Of a stretch of 64,000 nt of DNA, positions 60,700 to 64,000 are shown piece by piece. Where the stretch lies: NCBI GenBank assembly GCA_963840855.1, contig CAWJBB010000080.1:24322-88321 (forward strand). Direction: 5' to 3'. Position 1 is the first letter of the stretch. Each line of letters starts with the position of its first letter. The stretch comes from an uncultured delta proteobacterium (GTDB taxonomy: Bacteria; Desulfobacterota; Binatia; UBA9968). A program made the translations under genes and the position numbers. Under the pieces are notes generated by a model, which was not told where the DNA came from, made no database searches, and was given only the letters and a program-made list of their open reading frames with translations.

Positions 60700-61564
60700 C
60701 TACGAATGGACATCGAGCAACCGCAGGATTTCAGGTATGAGATACATCCTTGGCGCATCGGGTGGCAACCTGGGACCCAGATTCGTGGCAGCCACCTCAG
60801 CCGCATCCCGTTCGGATGCGAGCTTTCTATGAGCGACGAGGCCGCGGCAGTCAACAGGGGATTGTAAATGATCGCAAACTTCCCCCCATTCCAACCAGAA
60901 AACATCGGCACCATTTTCGATGGCGCCCACCTGCGCCAGACGTTCGCCAGCTCGTGCCAGCGCGCGACTGATCAACGCCTTGCCGGATTCGGCGACCATC
61001 GCCAAGACTGACCGCGTGAGGTTCTCGGCCAGTACGCCAATATCGCTCCCCAATTCACCGGCGTTTTGCCGCAAAAGCACCGCGGGCGCGACCACACCGC
61101 GTATCGCCGCGAACCACTGGTTACCACGCGCGCGCCTGAGCTTGCGAATCTTACCGGCCAGCTCTGTGGAAGGATCCAGTAAAACTCGCGACTTCGTCGA
61201 ACCAACGATTGTATATCTCCACCTCGGGTTTAATCTGGCGCTCCCACGCATGCTGAATGTTTCTGGTGAACCTGAGACTCTGGTCGTGAATGTTCTTGAA
61301 GCGCTGGGCTAGATCGCCCTCCGCCATCGCCGACGGTACTGCGGCCAGGTACACCCGGCCATGGACGAGACGAGATCGGAGAGCGTAGAGCGGGAATTCA
61401 ATGCTTTCCAACGCGTAGGTCAGGCCGAAAACCAACGCGTGGATTTCGAGCGTGTAGTCCAAGGGACGCGGCGTCGCGAATATGCTCTGATCAGCGCGAA
61501 ACCAGCTGAGTTGATCGTCCGGCAACGGCGCCCACGGGATTCGGCTTACTGCTCCACGGCTCAC
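60700..61564 (-). pseudogene. Protein resembling the helical substrate domain of PEP-utilizer / rifampicin-phosphotransferase-like enzymes; single frameshift near 61170
   Basis: Two overlapping ORFs join into ~287 aa if one base is removed at 61170-61171. AGERLAQVGAIENGADVFWLEWGEV resembles the motif that precedes the His-swivel domain. No swivel or ATP-grasp domain is present. Confidence 0.55.
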
Positions 61565-61670
61565 AATTCTAAGTTCTCCGCTGTTTATTCACTTGCCGTG
61601 GAACGCCGAGGTTAATAAACGCGATGAGCCCACTGACTCGACGCGCGCGAGACGGCCACTGGCTGGGCGT

Positions 61671-62708
61671 TCACTCCAGGCCGACACAAACCGAGCGCAC
61701 CGTGTTAGGTCCGTCGTAGATTGGCTTCCAGCTGTCGCCGCGATTCGTGCTCAACCAGACACCACCGCGGGAGTCAGTATTTTCGGACCGTTGTCCCTGG
61801 GCTTCCCCGGTGCCCGCATAGAGATGATCCGGATTGTCCGGGTCCACCGAAAGATTCCAGATCATTCGTTCCATGCTGTCCGGCAGCCCGCCGGTGAGCT
61901 GGTGCCAACTCATACCGTAATCCAGGCTGCGAAAGATCGCCGACTGGGCTCTTTCTTTGCGCATCCAGGCCGGCGGCGTGCCGTTGGCGGTGGTCAATAA
62001 CAAAGTTGGCGGTTGCCCCGCGATCACAACTAAATCATGAAAATAGCTCCGGTCGATTCCTTGCTCGGAAAACAGCCAATTACGACCGTACTGATCGCTG
62101 CGGTAAAAGCCCCGAGCGGTCGCCGAGTAATAGAGATTCGGATAGACAGGGTCGCCTTTCACGGTGTGGATATCGATGTATTCGATACCGTCCGAGAGAT
62201 CCTGCCAATGCGCGCCGCCGTCGCTCGAACGAAGAATGCCGCCATGTTCCAGGCCGACGCAGAGCACCCGCGGATCATGCCAGTCGACGAATATAGATAG
62301 CACGTGGCTTTCGTGTGGGTATTGTGGAAACCACCATTTGTCGGTAACGCTTTCGGGCTGATTTTTCAGCGCGGTTAATTCAGTCCAGCTGCTGCCGCCG
62401 TCCGGCGAGCGAAAAAGACCTACCGGCTCGGTGCCTGCGTAAACAACATTTGGATCCGTGGGATCGACGGCAACGGAATGAACGTTGCCCGGAAGAGACA
62501 ATCTCCACGACTCGCCGCCGTCGTGCGATGAATACAGACCATCCTTGGTAACACACGCATAAGCTTTATTGACGCCCCGCACGGTGGCCATGGCCCGCAC
62601 GAATTTTCCCGCCAGGACATCTTGACAATGTTGCCATCCCGAACCGCGGTTACCCATGACGGTCAGGCCGGAATCCGTCCCTATATACATTCGCTTCTTT
62701 TCTGCCAT
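61671..62708 (-). CDS. BNR/Asp-box beta-propeller protein (cytoplasmic)
   Basis: Repeated SxDGGxSW boxes (SHDGGESW, SPDGGSSW, SSDGGAHW, SDQYGRNW, SLDYGMSW, STNRGDSW); no signal peptide. Confidence 0.85.
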   Translation of the reverse strand: MAEKKRMYIGTDSGLTVMGNRGSGWQHCQDVLAGKFVRAMATVRGVNKAYACVTKDGLYSSHDGGESWRLSLPGNVHSVAVDPTDPNVVYAGTEPVGLFRSPDGGSSWTELTALKNQPESVTDKWWFPQYPHESHVLSIFVDWHDPRVLCVGLEHGGILRSSDGGAHWQDLSDGIEYIDIHTVKGDPVYPNLYYSATARGFYRSDQYGRNWLFSEQGIDRSYFHDLVVIAGQPPTLLLTTANGTPPAWMRKERAQSAIFRSLDYGMSWHQLTGGLPDSMERMIWNLSVDPDNPDHLYAGTGEAQGQRSENTDSRGGVWLSTNRGDSWKPIYDGPNTVRSVCVGLE

Positions 62709-62785
62709 GGATCGCTAGTTCCCCGTCATCCCGCTCGCAACAGACCCGACATTAACGTTACCCGACAGTTTCTGTCAACGGAATG

Positions 62786-62920
62786 CGCCTTCCGATAGTG
62801 GTTCAGTTTGATTCAACAGACGTATCAATGTAGGGGCGACTCCCTGTGGTCGCCCTGATTCGGGCAGGCACGGGGGCCTGCCCCTACGAATTTCTGAGAC
62901 TGAACCACTACCCGCCTTCC
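62786..62920. mobile_element. 119-bp MITE (62794-62912) with 14-bp terminal inverted repeats and 8-bp target duplication, carrying a GTAG REP doublet
   Basis: CGCCTTCC at 62786-62793 and 62913-62920. TIRs GATAGTGGTTCAGT / ACTGAACCACTACC match at 13/14. Internal GTAGGGGCGAC...GTCGCCC / GGGCAGGC...GCCTGCCCCTAC at 62830-62887. Confidence 0.8.
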
Positions 62921-62937
62921 TTCCTCTTCTGTTCCTA

Positions 62938-63999
62938 CTAATAGCCTACCCGCTCGATCACCGGCTGGAGCCGCTCGAGATTGTGCTTGACCTCATCGGT
63001 CTGCGACACTTCCCGCCACGCCTCTTCGACAAGCTCAGTCCTCCTCACCTCGTCGACGTCCGCGGCACCGACGGATGAAGGCAAAGCGCCGCCGGCTTTG
63101 TGCTCTTCCAAGATGCGCAAGATACCCTCGCTGCTGACCAGACCATCGAGAGGAAAGAAGTGGTCGTCCATGAGCATCATCGGAAAAAGATCGCGGCTGC
63201 GTTCGGCCTCGTCCGGATTGTTGACCCGCAGTTTGGCCTCGACAAACCGAAAAAACGGAAAGTTTTCTTTGATACGCATAAACTGGTAGGCGCGAATCGA
63301 CGCCTTCCAATAGCGCTTGATCAACTCTGGATTACGCTCGATGAACGACTTGCGCGCCACCGTGACGCGGTCGGGCCGGCCATGAGGCTTGTTGTCCTCA
63401 ACAAAATCGTAAAGCTTGTTAAAGCCACGCTCGAGCAGTTGCGGCACGAAAGGATTCTGGACTATGGCTGCGTCCGTTTCTCCGGCCAACAAGGGTTTCC
63501 AGGCCTCGCGCAGCGAGCCGTACTTGTAGCCAATTTTCCAATCCACTTCTCGATCCGGATCGATGCCCGCCCGGCGAAATTGCTGCTCGTACCACATGGT
63601 CGCGATGCCGCCCTTGTACCAATCGCCGATCCGTTTGCCGCGCAATTCCGCCATCGACTTGATCCCCGGCGCCGCGACCAGGGTACCGCGAAACTGGCTG
63701 CGCCAACCGCCAATGATCCTGACTTCGTCATTGCCCAGGGCCCGCTCGGCAAACGGCGTGCGCACGTGAACATCCGGGATAATATCTATGCCGAACGCGA
63801 TCATGTCACGCACCACGGTGCCAACCTCGTCGTAACGTTCACCGCCGGGCCGGCTCGACTCGATCGCCTTCGGATTGATCTTGGCATGCACGATCTCCAC
63901 GTCGAGACCTTCTTGGGTGAAAAATCCTGCTTCCACACCAACCGCAACATGTTGAACATGGAAAGCATGCCAGCAAGCATTACCGATTCGTAGTTTCAA
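62938..63999 (-). CDS. NMT1/THI5-like binding-protein fold; 5' end may lie outside the window
   Basis: EAGFFTQEGLDVEI, ELRGKRIG, GETDAA, FIERNPELI; TTG at the window edge. Confidence 0.78.
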   Translation of the reverse strand: MKLRIGNACWHAFHVQHVAVGVEAGFFTQEGLDVEIVHAKINPKAIESSRPGGERYDEVGTVVRDMIAFGIDIIPDVHVRTPFAERALGNDEVRIIGGWRSQFRGTLVAAPGIKSMAELRGKRIGDWYKGGIATMWYEQQFRRAGIDPDREVDWKIGYKYGSLREAWKPLLAGETDAAIVQNPFVPQLLERGFNKLYDFVEDNKPHGRPDRVTVARKSFIERNPELIKRYWKASIRAYQFMRIKENFPFFRFVEAKLRVNNPDEAERSRDLFPMMLMDDHFFPLDGLVSSEGILRILEEHKAGGALPSSVGAADVDEVRRTELVEEAWREVSQTDEVKHNLERLQPVIERVGY

Positions 64000-64000
64000 G

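Overview
GC-rich (~58% by eye) bacterial chromosomal window. The abundance of Amidohydro_2 enzymes, bicupins and permease-less Bug/NMT1/TAXI binding proteins resembles Candidatus Binatia; this taxonomic call is an inference only. The left part (1-27 kb) holds housekeeping and accessory genes: a plant-type thrC that the ORF track misses, a heavily frameshifted FN3/InlB-repeat surface-protein gene, comEC, uvrC, uvrB, an EgtD-like methyltransferase divergent from a fused betaine-type ABC transporter, serS, yraN, rnhB and gatCAB. The middle part (27.3-34.2 kb) is a signalling island: DUF4388 protein, output-less HAMP protein, orphan CpaE, REC-GGDEF cyclase and degenerate-GGDEF/EAL phosphodiesterase, with three sigma-54-type promoter motifs. 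The right part (36-64 kb) is an apparent aromatic/heteroaromatic catabolic island: six amidohydrolase-fold genes, UbiD, a NahE/PhdJ-type hydratase-aldolase, an M29/NicX-like protein, gentisate-dioxygenase-like cupins, an orphan molybdenum hydroxylase large subunit and an orphan CbbQ/NorQ + CbbO/NorD chaperone pair. The best candidates for undescribed biology are (i) a duplicated, overlapping pair of one canonical and one catalytic-Asp-less amidohydrolase, which may be a heteromeric enzyme, and (ii) the AAA+/VWA pair with no Rubisco or NO reductase client, flanked by two non-heme-iron cupin dioxygenases. Intergenic regions carry several palindromic repeat families, some nested, including a REP doublet inside an IS1-like MITE with an 8-bp target duplication. 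I found no rRNA, tRNA, CRISPR array or transposase.
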